A DNA stretch of 62,791 nt, filler included, from Rhabdomonas costata (taxonomy: Eukaryota), in assembly GCA_019059605.1 (NCBI GenBank). It is 23 parts of 23 records of this genome, joined end to end, with 100 filler letters (N's around TTAATTAATTAA, not from the genome) between each part and the next. Parts side by side here need not be neighbours in the genome. Positions count along the whole stretch, not along the records: positions 10,946 to 13,588 come from JAHMHO010002533.1; positions 13,689 to 16,323 come from JAHMHO010002534.1; positions 16,424 to 19,058 come from JAHMHO010002535.1; positions 19,159 to 21,792 come from JAHMHO010002536.1; positions 21,893 to 24,527 come from JAHMHO010002537.1; positions 24,628 to 27,260 come from JAHMHO010002538.1; 17 more parts are not named here. One strand, 5' to 3'. The notes below the pieces were generated by a model. It was given only the letters and a program-made list of their open reading frames with translations, was not told where the DNA came from and ran no database searches. Made by a program: the position numbers and the translations under genes. Of this stretch, positions 12,075 to 24,635 are shown piece by piece; positions within the stretch are counted from its first letter, which is position 1, and every line of letters starts with the position of its first letter.

Positions 12075-13994
12075 CTGAGCAAAAAAGTCAGAGAAAATGG
12101 TGCAAAAATTGACAGGTGAAAATTCGCGGAAAGAACAGGAGCTGTACCTTGTCTGTCTGTTGATTTGACGACAAGGAGTTTGCGACGAGCGTCAGCACTA
12201 TGAAGAGTACTGAAACAGCAACCAGGGAACAAAAATTTCTAGCCCGATTTTTTCACAGTTCATACCACAATTCCTTCTCTCTCTATACCACAAACCACAG
12301 AGTGCACTCATTTCAACGGTTTCCGGCCTCAGAGTGTCTTTCTACATGAAAAGACTTTTGGATTTGTCATCATTCAGATGCGCTGTTTGTGTTAATACGG
12401 TTAAAGCAACATGTAATTGCCTTCTGATCCCGGTTTTTGGTTGAAAAGCACGCTAAAATAAGGAAGCCTTCTCATTAATTCATTTTTATTCCAGGATTTA
12501 TTTATTTCATAAAATTTGGCATATTCCCTCTATAAAATGAAAAACAAAAGTCAAGCACCCTTTGGGGACATTTGTTTATCTAAAGCACCGAAAAGCAACA
12601 AGCGCAGTGCTTGTTCTTTCAAAAAATGCGCATGTTTTTGCTATTTGATCTTTTAAATATTGAAAAAACGGGAAATTTGTGATTTGTTTTTGATATTAGA
12701 TTTTGGATTCCCCTTTTCAAAGTGAAATATAAAATATTTGAATATTTGCGCCGGTCAACCGCAGGAGGGAGAGAGCCCGCTGAAATGGGGAACTGCTACT
12801 GGAGTTGGGCGATCCACGACTGCATTCGCTCGGCGCATAATCCTGGACATGATACTTGTACCCCGGGGGCGTTCTCCGGCAGCGCACATCAGTTCTCGGG
12901 CGACCCCGCAGCTTTCTCGCCTCTCCAGCTCACAGTTTCCCGTGCGACCACCCAACGGTAGCGGCTACCGGCGCGCTCCAACCACACACACATACAGACC
13001 GTCTTGCGGTGCAGCAGCAGATAGCCCAGCTCGGTGGTTCCCTCCTCGAGCAGCCCCGCCCCGCCGCGCCACCCCCACGACGCCGGAGGAGTGCACGTCC
13101 TCCTCCGGGGGGCTGCCCACATTCCCGCCGCCAACCACGTGGTACCCCCGCAGGGCAGAGCCCGCGGAGGCTGCAGAGCGAAACTCCCACCACCATTCAC
13201 ATGAGAGTGAAATTGTTGGTTGTGCAAGGTATTGCCTGTGTTTCTTGTTTGACTTATCGCCTCTCTTTTTCTGTTGTTGTTGTTCTTTCGTTTCACTCAG
13301 CGTGCACGCGAGGCGAGACTTATCGCCTGATGTGGTCAAAGCCAACGGTCAAGAGTAAATGAAACGAGCAAGTTGGGGAACCTGGAATGGTGGTAGACGG
13401 CGGTATCTATTAAATGTGAGCGGCGTAAAATGAAAGAGATCACTACGACAGGGGCGAGGGTGCCCCTTCCAGTCTTGAAAATAGGAGGATGCCTCCGCGG
13501 ATTGCTCGTTACAGTCTCGTGCTATTGGAAAGAGGTTTGACCCGGTGTTAGTCCTTGTCTTTTGTGGGGTCCCATAACCCCCACCCCCNNNNNNNNNNNN
13601 NNNNNNNNNNNNNNNNNNNNNNNNNNNNNNNNTTAATTAATTAANNNNNNNNNNNNNNNNNNNNNNNNNNNNNNNNNNNNNNNNNNNNCCCCCACCACCT
13701 AAATTATAGTTGTTCCCAATCTAGTTGTAATATTTTGGGAATCTCTCCGAAGCCGTCCAGAGGTCAAGCGTTACCCGCGCACGCACGGAAGGAAGGAAGG
13801 CAGGACGCGCGGATAAACAATCCACTGGGCTGGTTGGCTCAGAACTGAGCGAAAACGGCCTGTTGATTCCATTTTGCGTTTCGCCCTTCACTCGCCATTT
13901 TTCCATGATTTCTACTCGCATGAATTTTTACAAGCAGCAAGGTACCGGTCTGTAAGAGTGGTTGTTGAGGGTTCCGGTTTGGGAATTTGTGCAG

Positions 13995-15724
13995 GATCGG
14001 ATTAAGCGTCAGCTGAACGTGATCTTCTCCATCACCTCCATGTGCCCACCTGGAACTCAGGCGGGAACCTCGGGGTACCCCATGCGTATCCCCTGTCTCT
14101 TCTCTGTCACCGATGCACTCACTGACTGCTTGACGTTTAGCAACGTACCGTTCGCGGTGTACATGTGGGTTGAAAAAGTTCAAGTTTTCTCGTATCTGGC
14201 GAACCAATGACCTCCCTCTCCCTTCATTGTTCCCATGCGTGTTCTGGAATAACTGTTCGCGTTTCTGACTGAAAGCTACCGGCTCTCTGTGTGCATACAC
14301 CGACGCCAGTGGGGGCCGTGGGTTGTGGATGCAGGGAGCTGTGGGTAGAACTTCACACGTGGCTGCGGGCGATGGCCACGGCGGAGGCAGTGTGCCTGTG
14401 CGGGTGCGGGCTCTCCGGGGCGATGGACTTCCTAGAGGGCCACCTGCGGGCGGGCAGCGTGGCGCAGCAGCGCGTGCTGAGGCTGCTGGCTAACACGGAG
14501 GCCAGCAACTTCCCCTCGCCTTCCACGGACACCAAGGTCCCCCACCTCCCCACCACCCGCGACGAACAGGAATTTCGGGGGTGCTGGGTTTTATGGCAGC
14601 TATTCGTATATTTTGGTGTCGATTGCTACTCTTCGTTACCACAGACAATCAAACAAACAAGTCCAGTGTCCATTGCTACTCTTCGTTCTTCAGGGTCAGC
14701 TGAAAAAAGTATACGACAACACTCAGAATAAAAAAGGATCCTTAAAAGGCAAATGATTCTGCATCTTTGGCCCCTCTCCCCCTCGAGGGTCGTTGTTGGA
14801 CGCGGCTAGGGGTTAGGGGTTAGGGTCAAAATGTTTCGGAATTTTTGGCCACCATTTACCATGGAGGGGATCCTTTTTAAAAATGTTTTGTCCTGAGTCC
14901 AAGTCATCCTTGGTACCCCACAACGACGGGTATCAGCGGTTTGCAATAGTGATTGGGATGGTTGCGATGGAATGCCTCTCCTATGTCTGTTTGCGCTCCG
15001 TCTCCAGAGCCCACCCGCTCGCTCCCTTCTGGGGTCGGAGACCCTTCCCATCATCCGTCCCTATGATGACACCTCCGTCCTGGCGGCCTCCACCAGCAGC
15101 AGCAGCAGCGGGTGCAACGGGTACCTCCCCGCCTCCTCCCCAGCCACGACAACGATTATGCGGCGCGGCAGCTTGGGGCTGTCGGGTGCAGCGCCCATCT
15201 TGGGCAATGGCTTGGAGTCCACGCACCTCTCCGGGCTAACCCCACGGACACCCCGGAGCGAGGACGGGGCCAACACCCCTCGGGGAAAGCTCCCCAGAGT
15301 GGTGCACGGCCACCAGTATAGGATTCGCCTGCGGTATGCGTGGAAGGAGGGGGAGGGGGCACGGTTCGTCTTGCGGCGGCGAGTTGAAGCATGCAATATA
15401 TATACTGTTCAGAATTCTCGGGTCACGCTCGCGTGCCTCCTCGAACGGACCCGCGGAATTTGGTAATGTGAGCTTCGTGTTTTGATATTTTAACATTTTA
15501 CCATCTTCGGCGTATTGCAGTGGAACGTGGACTGCAGAGCACTCTCGGTGTCGCTTGGTTTTAGAGGTCTCCCGAAGTGCGCGGGTGGCCACTGCCTAAT
15601 TATCTTTGGGTCACCGCTCGTTTATATTTTCCTGGTTCCCTGGTTTTGGTTTTTCATCAGATCGGAGGGGCTGTTTGTACAGCCCAATCCAGGGACCCGA
15701 AAGCACGTCGGGACTACCGATCAG
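13995..15724 (+). CDS. Hypothetical protein, multi-exon internal fragment
   Basis: Candidate exons starting at 13995 (end unclear), 14335-14536, 15008-15333 and 15661-15724. The last three join in frame through GT-AG introns. No family recognised. Confidence 0.55.
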
Positions 15725-16812
15725 GTGCGATAACCTCGTGCACCCCCCGCCCCATCTGCCTGCTCAATTTCTTTTTTGGGGGGGGGGGAGGCGGAGCCGT
15801 CTTTTGGTACCCGTACCTGTTTGAACAGATTTGGTACCCGTTACTGGTAGCAACCCCAACTCATGACAACCGTCCCCGCACTGCGGGTGTCACCTCAGCG
15901 CTTCAAAAAACGGTTTGGGTCATCCGTCTAGCTGAAGCGCATCTGGATGGCTTCCATTGCACAGTGGGATTTGCGGGAGGAATGATGGCGATGCAGTCCG
16001 GGCCCGAGATGAGCTTTGTCTGCGCCCTTATTCGTTTTAAGCCGAACCGGGCACAAAAGAGTCGCAATCGTGATCGCCTAGAGGTGCAACAGACCTACAG
16101 CACAGTGCGTCACTTACGATCGCAAGGTGCGTTACACCGTTAACTCAGAACAGCGCTGTCCTGTATGCGTTGCCATCGCAAACCTTACCTGTGTCTGGCG
16201 TCATGCTAGATGACTGAACTTTTGGAAAAATCTCGCGCCTGCGTCTCCAATTCGTCAATTACAAAAGGTTTTTTCTACAACTGCACACTAAAATGGCGGG
16301 GTCAATCACTGGACCACCCCCCANNNNNNNNNNNNNNNNNNNNNNNNNNNNNNNNNNNNNNNNNNNNTTAATTAATTAANNNNNNNNNNNNNNNNNNNNN
16401 NNNNNNNNNNNNNNNNNNNNNNNGTGGTTGGGGGCATGACTGCACTAGCACAATGGCATGATAAGAAGTGCTCTGCGTGCAGATAGTGGGATGTCGTGCA
16501 TGTTGAGGAGCCGCCACCTTTACGCAATAGTCGGAAAAGAAGACCTGGTTGTCGCTGCGATGGTTCTGTCTAGTTTTCGGTTGGGGTTCATGATAGGGCT
16601 GCTTCAGCCAATGCCAGTACCCGTTCAGTTAGTATGGAGCCAAGCGAGTCCATCGGTGTTTTTGAGTCCAAAACGGTTGCAATGTGAAACCAAGCTAATT
16701 GGTCTAATAGCAAGACACAATTTGAAATTAGGAACACCACATAGGAACTCCCTTCCTACGGGGCGCACTTTGTCTTTTCTGGATTTTCTGAAGCAGAGAT
16801 TGTTCCTGCGCC

Positions 16813-17862
16813 ATGACTCAGATCAGCAATCTTGAAGAGGACCTTGCCAGGCTTCCGAATTGTGATACAGAAGGGTCTGAAGCCCCTGCTCGCCTTATCC
16901 TTACCAAGATTGAAGCTCGCGTGCATGCTTTGCGAACGCGTGAGGATGCTATCCAGTTTGCCGAAGCGGGCTTTGCCGTCCGCCAGGCTGCGGTTGAGCG
17001 CTGGAGCAAGCGCAAGGTGAAGCTGGATGTTGGGGGGAGGCTGTTCTCCACTACGACAAGCACGCTACTCTCCGAACCGGACAGCTTCTTCACGGCCTTG
17101 CTGAACACCAGCGTTGGGGTGGAGAGGGACCCTGAGGATGGCTCCATTCTGATTGATCGCTCGCCCGCACACTTCGAGGAGATCCTGGCATACCTTCGGG
17201 AAGGCAAGCTGCCCACCCCGGGGTCTCAGGGTGAGGTGAGTGAGCTTTTGGCGGAGGCACAGTTCTACCAGCTTTCGACGCTGACAGAGAAGCTGAATGG
17301 GATGCAAAGGAGGCAATACGAGCAATTCTTCTCTGCGACGTCGCCGCTGGAGCTTGAGGATAATGGGCGGATGGTTGTGCATGGTGGAACGTCCGGGAGC
17401 TATGGAGTTGCGCGGGCTGCGCCTGGAGTGAGCTTTGGGGTGGCGAGGTGGGCTTTTCGCGCGGATACCTCCAAGCTGACGAAAAGCAGCTTGTCAAAGG
17501 GTTGCCGTGTAGTCAGCCTTGGCTTTACTGCCCATCCCGAAGGCAACTCCGAGCTTAGCTTTGCAGTGGTTCTGTCCTGCTTCAAGGCCGAGGTGAGCTA
17601 CTCACTCGACGGTTGCTATGCGACCTATACTGCTGATGCCCGGATCGACCCTGTGCTGCCGTTTTCTTTTTTGCTGGACTTTGGGGAGGGCACTGTAAAA
17701 ATCACGGTAGGGGGTGGAGGCCCTGTCACAGAGACGATGGGATGCTACCGGATACCTCCTGGGACGTACTATCCTGCCGTCCGGACGAAGCACCCCGGAG
17801 TTGCAGTGAGCTTCGTAGACCTGAACGCTGTGCCTGTTAGGTTTCACCAACCGGTTGAGTGA
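16813..17862 (+). CDS. BTB/POZ (KCTD/T1-type) domain protein with C-terminal SPRY/ConA-like beta domain, 349 aa, intronless
   Basis: VKLDVGGRLFSTTTSTLLSEPDSFF...ILIDRSPAHFEEILAYLR...LLAEAQFYQL is a clear KCTD BTB domain. The C-terminus (GVARWAFR...LDFGEGTV...YYPAV) looks SPRY-like. Confidence 0.92.
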   Translation: MTQISNLEEDLARLPNCDTEGSEAPARLILTKIEARVHALRTREDAIQFAEAGFAVRQAAVERWSKRKVKLDVGGRLFSTTTSTLLSEPDSFFTALLNTSVGVERDPEDGSILIDRSPAHFEEILAYLREGKLPTPGSQGEVSELLAEAQFYQLSTLTEKLNGMQRRQYEQFFSATSPLELEDNGRMVVHGGTSGSYGVARAAPGVSFGVARWAFRADTSKLTKSSLSKGCRVVSLGFTAHPEGNSELSFAVVLSCFKAEVSYSLDGCYATYTADARIDPVLPFSFLLDFGEGTVKITVGGGGPVTETMGCYRIPPGTYYPAVRTKHPGVAVSFVDLNAVPVRFHQPVE

Positions 17863-18858
17863 TGATCGATAAGTGGGTGCCTGCGTGGATTCAGAGTTCT
17901 GGTATTTTGCAATATTTGCTTTTGGGTGGCCTCTTCTTGTGGGATTTCTTCTGTTCTCTTTGCCCTTGTTGTATTTTGCGTTGCAGTGCTGATGTTGCGT
18001 TCAGCCATTTACATGCTATCGTTGGTTGTATTCGTTTTTGTTCACACGTCTTGGTGGACCTGTGCGGGCCCTTCTCTGCAAGCCTTGCACTTTTGTGGAC
18101 TGCACTGCACTTGTTAGTAGCTTCATGTTTTCGTGTCCTAGGCGTCATTTCATGACTCTCGGGTCTATTCCACGTTGCTGGGATGCTCTTTGCAGGATAA
18201 CAGCGTCCGTTTCTTCCGTGATGACCTTTGGCCGGCAAATGCCCACATTGATTGGTTTATTTGCGTCCTTTTGCTATTGCAGGTGGAACCGTAATGTATC
18301 TCTTTTGGGTATCATAAGTTGGTACACAGGCCCTGATATTAACCTTCCGTTTTCGCCCATGCTGAACTGTTTGGGCGTCCTATTTTTACTGGGAATCTTT
18401 GGGCGCAGAAGCCACGCTGACTCTTGCTTTGTCCTACTCTTCCGGTTATCGAATGGACCACTTTTCGTGGCAAAAGGGTTGGCTCTAGTCTGACCTGAAC
18501 CCCTTTTAATGAAACAATGGCATTTCGCGGCGTCTACCCACACGCTTTACCTCACTGAAGTGATACCTATGTGAGCAAATGTCGAAGCCATATAAAGACG
18601 TGGAGCGCTATTTGTGTTCAGGAAACGAAATGAAGGGCTGCATTCCAGCATCCCACGCACCCACCCTAAGAAAGCGCCTGAGACTCAGTCGCAAGGGTGT
18701 GATTCATATTATTCGTTCTGTAACCCTTTTAACCAATTATTGAACCACAGCATATCCACCGAACCTTTCTGCAGTGACTCTGGTCCTTCCTTTTTCATTT
18801 ATTCTGAAAGACCGTGCTCAAAGGATACTTTGAACCCCACATCCCCACTGATTCTCTG

Positions 18859-19058
18859 ATGGCCGGGTACCGCTCTGGGCTTCTGAACCTGGGGTGGTGG
18901 CTCTGCCTCAGTGCCCTTTGGGGAAGCTGGGTGGCGCAGGCCGCTACGCCGCAGGGGTACTACGTCTTTGGGAGGATCCAGTGGAACAGGGTTTTCACGG
19001 CGGGGGTCCCGAACAACACGGTGGAGTTCCACCTGCTGCTGGGCTGCAACCACACACC
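18859..19058 (+). CDS. Secreted protein, N-terminal fragment
   Basis: ATG at 18859, signal-peptide-like LGWWLCLSALWGSWVAQA, then ATPQGYYVFGRIQWNRVFTAGVPNNTVEFHL. GC-rich codon usage; truncated by the contig end. Confidence 0.65.
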
Positions 19059-19350
19059 NNNNNNNNNNNNNNNNNNNNNNNNNNNNNNNNNNNNNNNNNN
19101 NNTTAATTAATTAANNNNNNNNNNNNNNNNNNNNNNNNNNNNNNNNNNNNNNNNNNNNGTTGGTGTGTGCCCTCAACGAACCCCATGAGATCAGCATTAA
19201 GGTCACATTTTGGATTCCATAACAGATGTCGCCGGGTGCTCCGTGCATACATGCGGCGTCCTATGGTTGATTAGCTGTTCGAACCCCGGTTGATGTGCCT
19301 CTGTGAAAGATCGATAGGGTTATATCGGGGTAACGTCACCCCTATGGCAC

Positions 19351-19620
19351 TTGAATCCTCATCACTACTATCGTAGCCCCCCTTCAGCATACATGGCCTC
19401 CAGGGATTCCAATAGGAGGGGGACGCGCCTGGGATTCCGACACGAGGGGGCAATTTACAGTTTCCTGCAGGAGTTTCAAAGAAGATCTTGCAGCGGTTAT
19501 TTATTCCAGGATGTCCAGAATGCGCTCAGCCACAAAACATTGTACTGACATTGTGCTAACAGTGTGCTTGTGCTGCCGGGGAGGGGGCGGAGCTTTTTAG
19601 TGGAGGTTCACGTTTGATAG
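19351..19620 (+). mobile_element. Possible decayed non-LTR retrotransposon reverse transcriptase remnant
   Basis: Spaced motifs LGFRHEG...YLFQDVQNALSHKTL*...LPGRGRSFLVEVH resemble the LINE RT pattern Q.GFR.G...F.D..NAF.S..H..L, with an in-frame stop. Weak, recognised by eye only. Confidence 0.25.
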
Positions 19621-21252
19621 GTATGCCAAGTTAATGTCATGTTATCTTTCAGAGGTATTGAGAGGTCGTTTCCATTCAAAAGGGGCCAATTCTGACCTTG
19701 CGCTCAAACCCTTTCCAGCTTTTTCTTTTGTCCTGTGTGTCTGCATGTTCGCATCTCCGTGTAGCAGGTGCTCTTCCCAATTAGTTGGATGAGCACCTCT
19801 CTTACCTCTGCACACCGCGCGCAAATGCTTTTTCCGAGCCGAGTTCACCACCCTTTGCATGCACTGTCACCGGCAACCGTAAGGTTGTGACCTCAACCCC
19901 CACACACACAACTTACGGTATGTCGGGGAGAGCGATGCCAAAAGGGGAGGTGGGGTGCGTAGGAGATGACGTCCCCCACAACGCACCATCCCTCTCCAGT
20001 GCGTGCTGCGGCGCTGTGCTGTTGGGTTCTTTTCTTCGGCGTTGTTTTGTGTGCATGTCCAATTCCTGGTTGGTGTGTGCTGTGGTTGCTCCAAGTTTCT
20101 TCTCATGCACCGCTTTTGCAGATAAGGTTTTTCTTGGTAATCGGGGTCACCCACTGGAGCGGGTGATGCGCTCCGGAGCGACTCTTTTTCTTCTCAGGAC
20201 TGCGGCTCTGAGATTTTAGTTCCGTTCGGGTTGGGCCGCCCATCCATATCCCTTTTCTTGGGCTGCCTACCACTTCCGCGTTCTTTCTTGCTGCTTCCCT
20301 GCTGCACCCCTGCGTGCTGTTATGTGTGTATGTATTGGACCTGAGTGTTCTACGTTTAGGCTTCCAGGGTTCTGGTGTTCTCTTCCTCTCTCCACCCGTT
20401 AACGACGCTTCACGGTCCCAGTGGCGAACCCGTGGTGGCTGCACCGGCTCCCTGATGTCTGTTGTGTGCTGCAACTGCCGGCGGAACATTGGCGAAAAAA
20501 CCCTGTGAAGAGAGTGATGGTTGCTTTTGCTATCAGTGGGGTTCAGTTGGGGTCTTGGTGTGAAGGCCCCTCGTCACCGCTCAGTCCCAGAACAAAAAGA
20601 TGCGTGGACCTTACAACACACCTTCCTGGCACGCATTTTCCCTTAATTAATAATGGGAGGTCATGCCGGAAATTCTCCGCGCCCCTTCCGCGCAAGATCT
20701 CGGTCCGGCGTGGCTTCGTGACATTCCCGCGGCTGCTTTGCGAGCTCGGGCTGCCATCGTTTAGTCGGTCTTGCCGCGGTGCCTTAAAAGAACCACAGCA
20801 GAGCCGCAGGCCACAGCCAAGCGCCCTGCAGAGTGCAAAGCGGGGTTGAAGAGTGTGTGCGGGGGGGACGGGTCTAATCTTCGGGAGCGGTTCTGGGGTC
20901 TTGCCATACGTTAATTCCCCTATTTCCCAAATTATCACGAGTATCACGAGCCCCCCCCCCCAAAAAAAAAGAGATTTTTTTACCTCGACTCACGGCCCAT
21001 GAGCGAGCGGCAAGAGCCGGCAAGGGAGCAGTCTCGGAATTTTCCAAACAACCTTCCTCTAAGACCCGAATTACACCTAGACCACCTTGGATGTCGTTAG
21101 CGGGTGTCCGGTTTACTCCTGGATAAGGAAAACGCGATCCATGCACGGGCCCAAGATTGGAGCGCGATGGTGCCGATGCAGGTGCTTGTTTTTTTTTCAG
21201 TTTTTTTCTTTGTTTTCACTCTGCTCCGCAGCTTTTTGGCCGTTGCATACCA

Positions 21253-21792
21253 ATGTCAACCGCGGCGTCGGGGTACCCCGGCGCAGGAGCAACCCCCGAC
21301 GAAGCTCCCACTGCACCCACTTCCCTCCCAAGTCTTGTCGTCAGCTTCCTTGAGGAGTTCGCCAACAAGGACCAGAAGGACGAAATTCTCGAAGTCATGA
21401 TTGAAACTGTTAAGCACATGATACAAGACCCGGGGGGGAACGGTTCCGCCGCATTGTCGGAGCCGGCTCGGATCGTAAATCAGTGGATTACGTACGCGCT
21501 GAACAAGTGCGTTGCCGGGGCCAAAGACGAGACGCTTGAGAAGCACCTGGAGCTGATCCTGGAGGAGCTGCAGAGGCACCAGCAGCAGCGAGAGCCCTCT
21601 GAAGTCCCGGGGAGCGTCGCCAGAGTCCCCGCGGAAGTGAAGATTTTCTACAAGCATCGCTTGGCCTACGAAGCACTGTGCGGTGACCACAAGGTCCACT
21701 CCGTGATGAGAAGGGCCATTGTGGAGGAGCTCGCCCAGGAGTTGTTTGGCGGTGCCGGGTCACCGGTGGGGCCGGCGGTGACCCCCACCCCC
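21253..21792 (+). CDS. Hypothetical alpha-helical protein, N-terminal fragment
   Basis: ATG at 21253 follows a T-rich tract and CAG. 180 open codons with strong GC3 bias run to the contig end. Confidence 0.75.
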
Positions 21793-22674
21793 NNNNNNNN
21801 NNNNNNNNNNNNNNNNNNNNNNNNNNNNNNNNNNNNTTAATTAATTAANNNNNNNNNNNNNNNNNNNNNNNNNNNNNNNNNNNNNNNNNNNNAGCGCCGG
21901 GAGGGGGGGGGGCTTCGCCCCCGAAGCCTCCCGGTTCGATCCTACCCGGCTATTCCTCAAATCTTCGATTTTCTTTTTTGTGAAAATTCGCAATGGATTG
22001 GGTTCATATGCTCCAAGTGCTTTCGCGCTCAGTGCCAGGTGACTTCCCGTGAAGTTGATCTTCGCCTTGCAACTAGTGGACAGAAGTTCAATCCTACGCC
22101 ACGAATGAGCGATCGATCTCGTGAAAAAGGGATCGACTTGGGACATGCCCGGTAAAAGCAAAAGAGCCTCTCGGGGGAGCGAGCAAGAACTACTCCTGTC
22201 CACTTTTAATTTCAGGGAAGAATTAATTCTGCGTACCATTATTATGTGCACAAAGGAACTCATATGCAAGCTGGAGCACACTGAACAACGATAAAGGCTA
22301 AAGGAGACAGGAAAACTTTTAGAACTTTTAGGCTGTCGTCAGTGTCTTGTCGAAAGAAATGTGTGTCATCATTGAGAAATGTGTTTCATCACTTTTTGTC
22401 ATCATTTTCCCCCAACGTGCTTTCTTGCTTAGTAGTGGTCAATACGGTTTGTAATAGTTTTCACCGTGACTTTTCTGACCTCCTTGGTATCTTGTTGTAA
22501 AGCTTGCAAAGAGGTGAGTAGTTAACACTGCAGACGGTAATATCAAAACCCGCCATGGATTGACTGTGTGCTTTGCACCTGCCTCGCGCGACAGCTTTAG
22601 ACTCCTTGCGTACACGCTCCCAATTCTTTTACACAGAAATATAGACAGTGCGCATTTGCCTTCCTCCTCCGAAT

Positions 22675-24527
22675 ATGTACTCGTCACTGGGTGCCCTCCT
22701 TGTGGGGTGGTGGGTTTGTTTGCCCCCTGTGCATGCCCTTCCTGGGCTTCCTGGGCTTCCTGGGGGCGGCACCAGCCTGGCATTCACCAACGATATCTCC
22801 GCCGCAGTCATTCCCGACTTCACGCACCTCTCCGGCGCAGTGAACTACTCCATGGAGGCCTGGGTGTACAGCATGTCCGCCATACCGCAGCCCTCGGTGC
22901 TAACCTTTGCCACTTCCGACAACATGGAGTACTGGAGTTTTGTGATGGGAGACGACGCCTTCTTCTCATTGAACGGAGAGAGCCAGATGTTCCCATTTGA
23001 GAGCCCTGGGTTCATGGGTTGGCGGCATGTTGCGATGACTGTGACGGATGGCGACGTCCGCGGGTAATTTTTTTGTGGAATCAGCGCATCACTGATGCAA
23101 TCGGAAAGTCGGGGTGGGGGGGATACATCGGAAAGTGTGTTTTACCTCATCGAGCGCTTCATGGGGATGGGACCAGCTCTTATTTGGCCTGTTGTGCGCG
23201 ACCAGAAAAGTTTCACTTCTAACCCACTCTCAATTGCAATAATGATGGGAACCAAAATTCTTGTTTTGGACCTATTTGCATTTGGATTTCCCCACTCTCA
23301 ACTTCCCTCCCGTCACGCTGACCGCTCTTTCCTGTCGATTTTTTATCCGGAACGCTATGATCCAGAATTTGCCTTGTTTTTGAAGAGCGCATTCTCGTTT
23401 CTCGTTTCGCATACGTTTGTGGTTGCATTTACAATGTTCAGAGTTCGCTGTCTTTGCGGTGCATCTCGTTGGGTTTACAGATACGTCAACGGTACGCTGA
23501 TCGCTCAGTACAACTGGAGCGCTCCTGCCTTTGCGGACAGTGCGTTTTTTGTCATCTCGAAATACACCACTGGCTGGGACAACACCACCTTGCAGACCGC
23601 CACCAGTCTGAATTTTCTCGGGTGCTCGTTTTCTGCCCTTTCTCCCGCTTTCCCATTTCCCCGCTTGAACTTTGTGCCTCTGATGTCGTATGTGAGCGTA
23701 TTCAATCATTCTATGTTGATCCGTCTCTCTCTCAGGTACATCGACGAGATTAGAGTCTGGAACACTACTTTAACGCAAGAAGAGCTGCAGACGAACATGC
23801 ACCGTCGGTTCGCGCGTGTGCGTTTGTATTGGGAGTGTAATTTCTCGGTAAGTGTGTATTTACACTTCGCCTAAGTGCATATACCCTTCGCCTACCGTCT
23901 CCCCCCGAGTGTCTTTCACCGATATAAGTGTCCGATCAATAGGTAGAATTGTATCAGGATAGTGCGAATCTGATCTAATTTATCTTCCTCGCCTCTGCCA
24001 TACCTTTGCAACCACAGCCCTATTGATCAAACTCCACTGTCCTACACCTCCAGCGGGTGTGGCGGCGGCTTTTTATTTGTCGTTTCCTGTGTGTGGGTGT
24101 GGGTGTGCGCGCGCGCGCGCTGTTTCTTGACACCCCAAATATAAGTACAATTACCCTTAACAGGCATCCTGGGGGAGGCGGTGTAACTATTACAGCCGAT
24201 AATCTTCCCTAAAGTGCCAAAAAGCGACGAAACAATGATCTAGTTTTTCTCTTGACACGTGGTTCCCTCCAGAAGGGAAGCGATAAAGTTTAACCATTCG
24301 GTGGATTTCCCTGATACGCGTTCCCGGGTGATGTTCCCTGCTTCGTGTTTGTGTGTACATATACAGCCTCTCTGAGGACACCCCCAACCTGGTGGTGCAG
24401 TGGCACTTCGATGACCTCACGGACAGCCCCGATGGCCTGCTGGCCCTCTCCGCGCAGGGCATCCCACTTTCCCTCGTAGACAGCACCAATATGCAGGACA
24501 CCTCCTGCGGAGGCACCACCCCCCCCC
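22675..24527 (+). CDS. Secreted LamG/pentraxin-like (ConA-like) domain protein, 3' partial
   Basis: Exons 22675-23063, 23481-23621, 23736-23807 and 24367-24527. Signal peptide followed by LamG motifs YSMEAWV, WRHVAMT, YVNG, FLGYIDEIRVWN..L, LVVQWHFD. Confidence 0.9.
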
Positions 24528-24635
24528 NNNNNNNNNNNNNNNNNNNNNNNNNNNNNNNNNNNNNNNNNNNNTTAATTAATTAANNNNNNNNNNNNNNNNN
24601 NNNNNNNNNNNNNNNNNNNNNNNNNNNGTTGTTGG

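Noticed and set aside
12755-13200. GC-rich overlapping ORFs
   Set aside because: Probably exonic (minus strand), but no frame or family could be established.
21931-21950. GGTTCGATCC as a tRNA T-arm
   Set aside because: No T-stem pairing, D-arm or cloverleaf.
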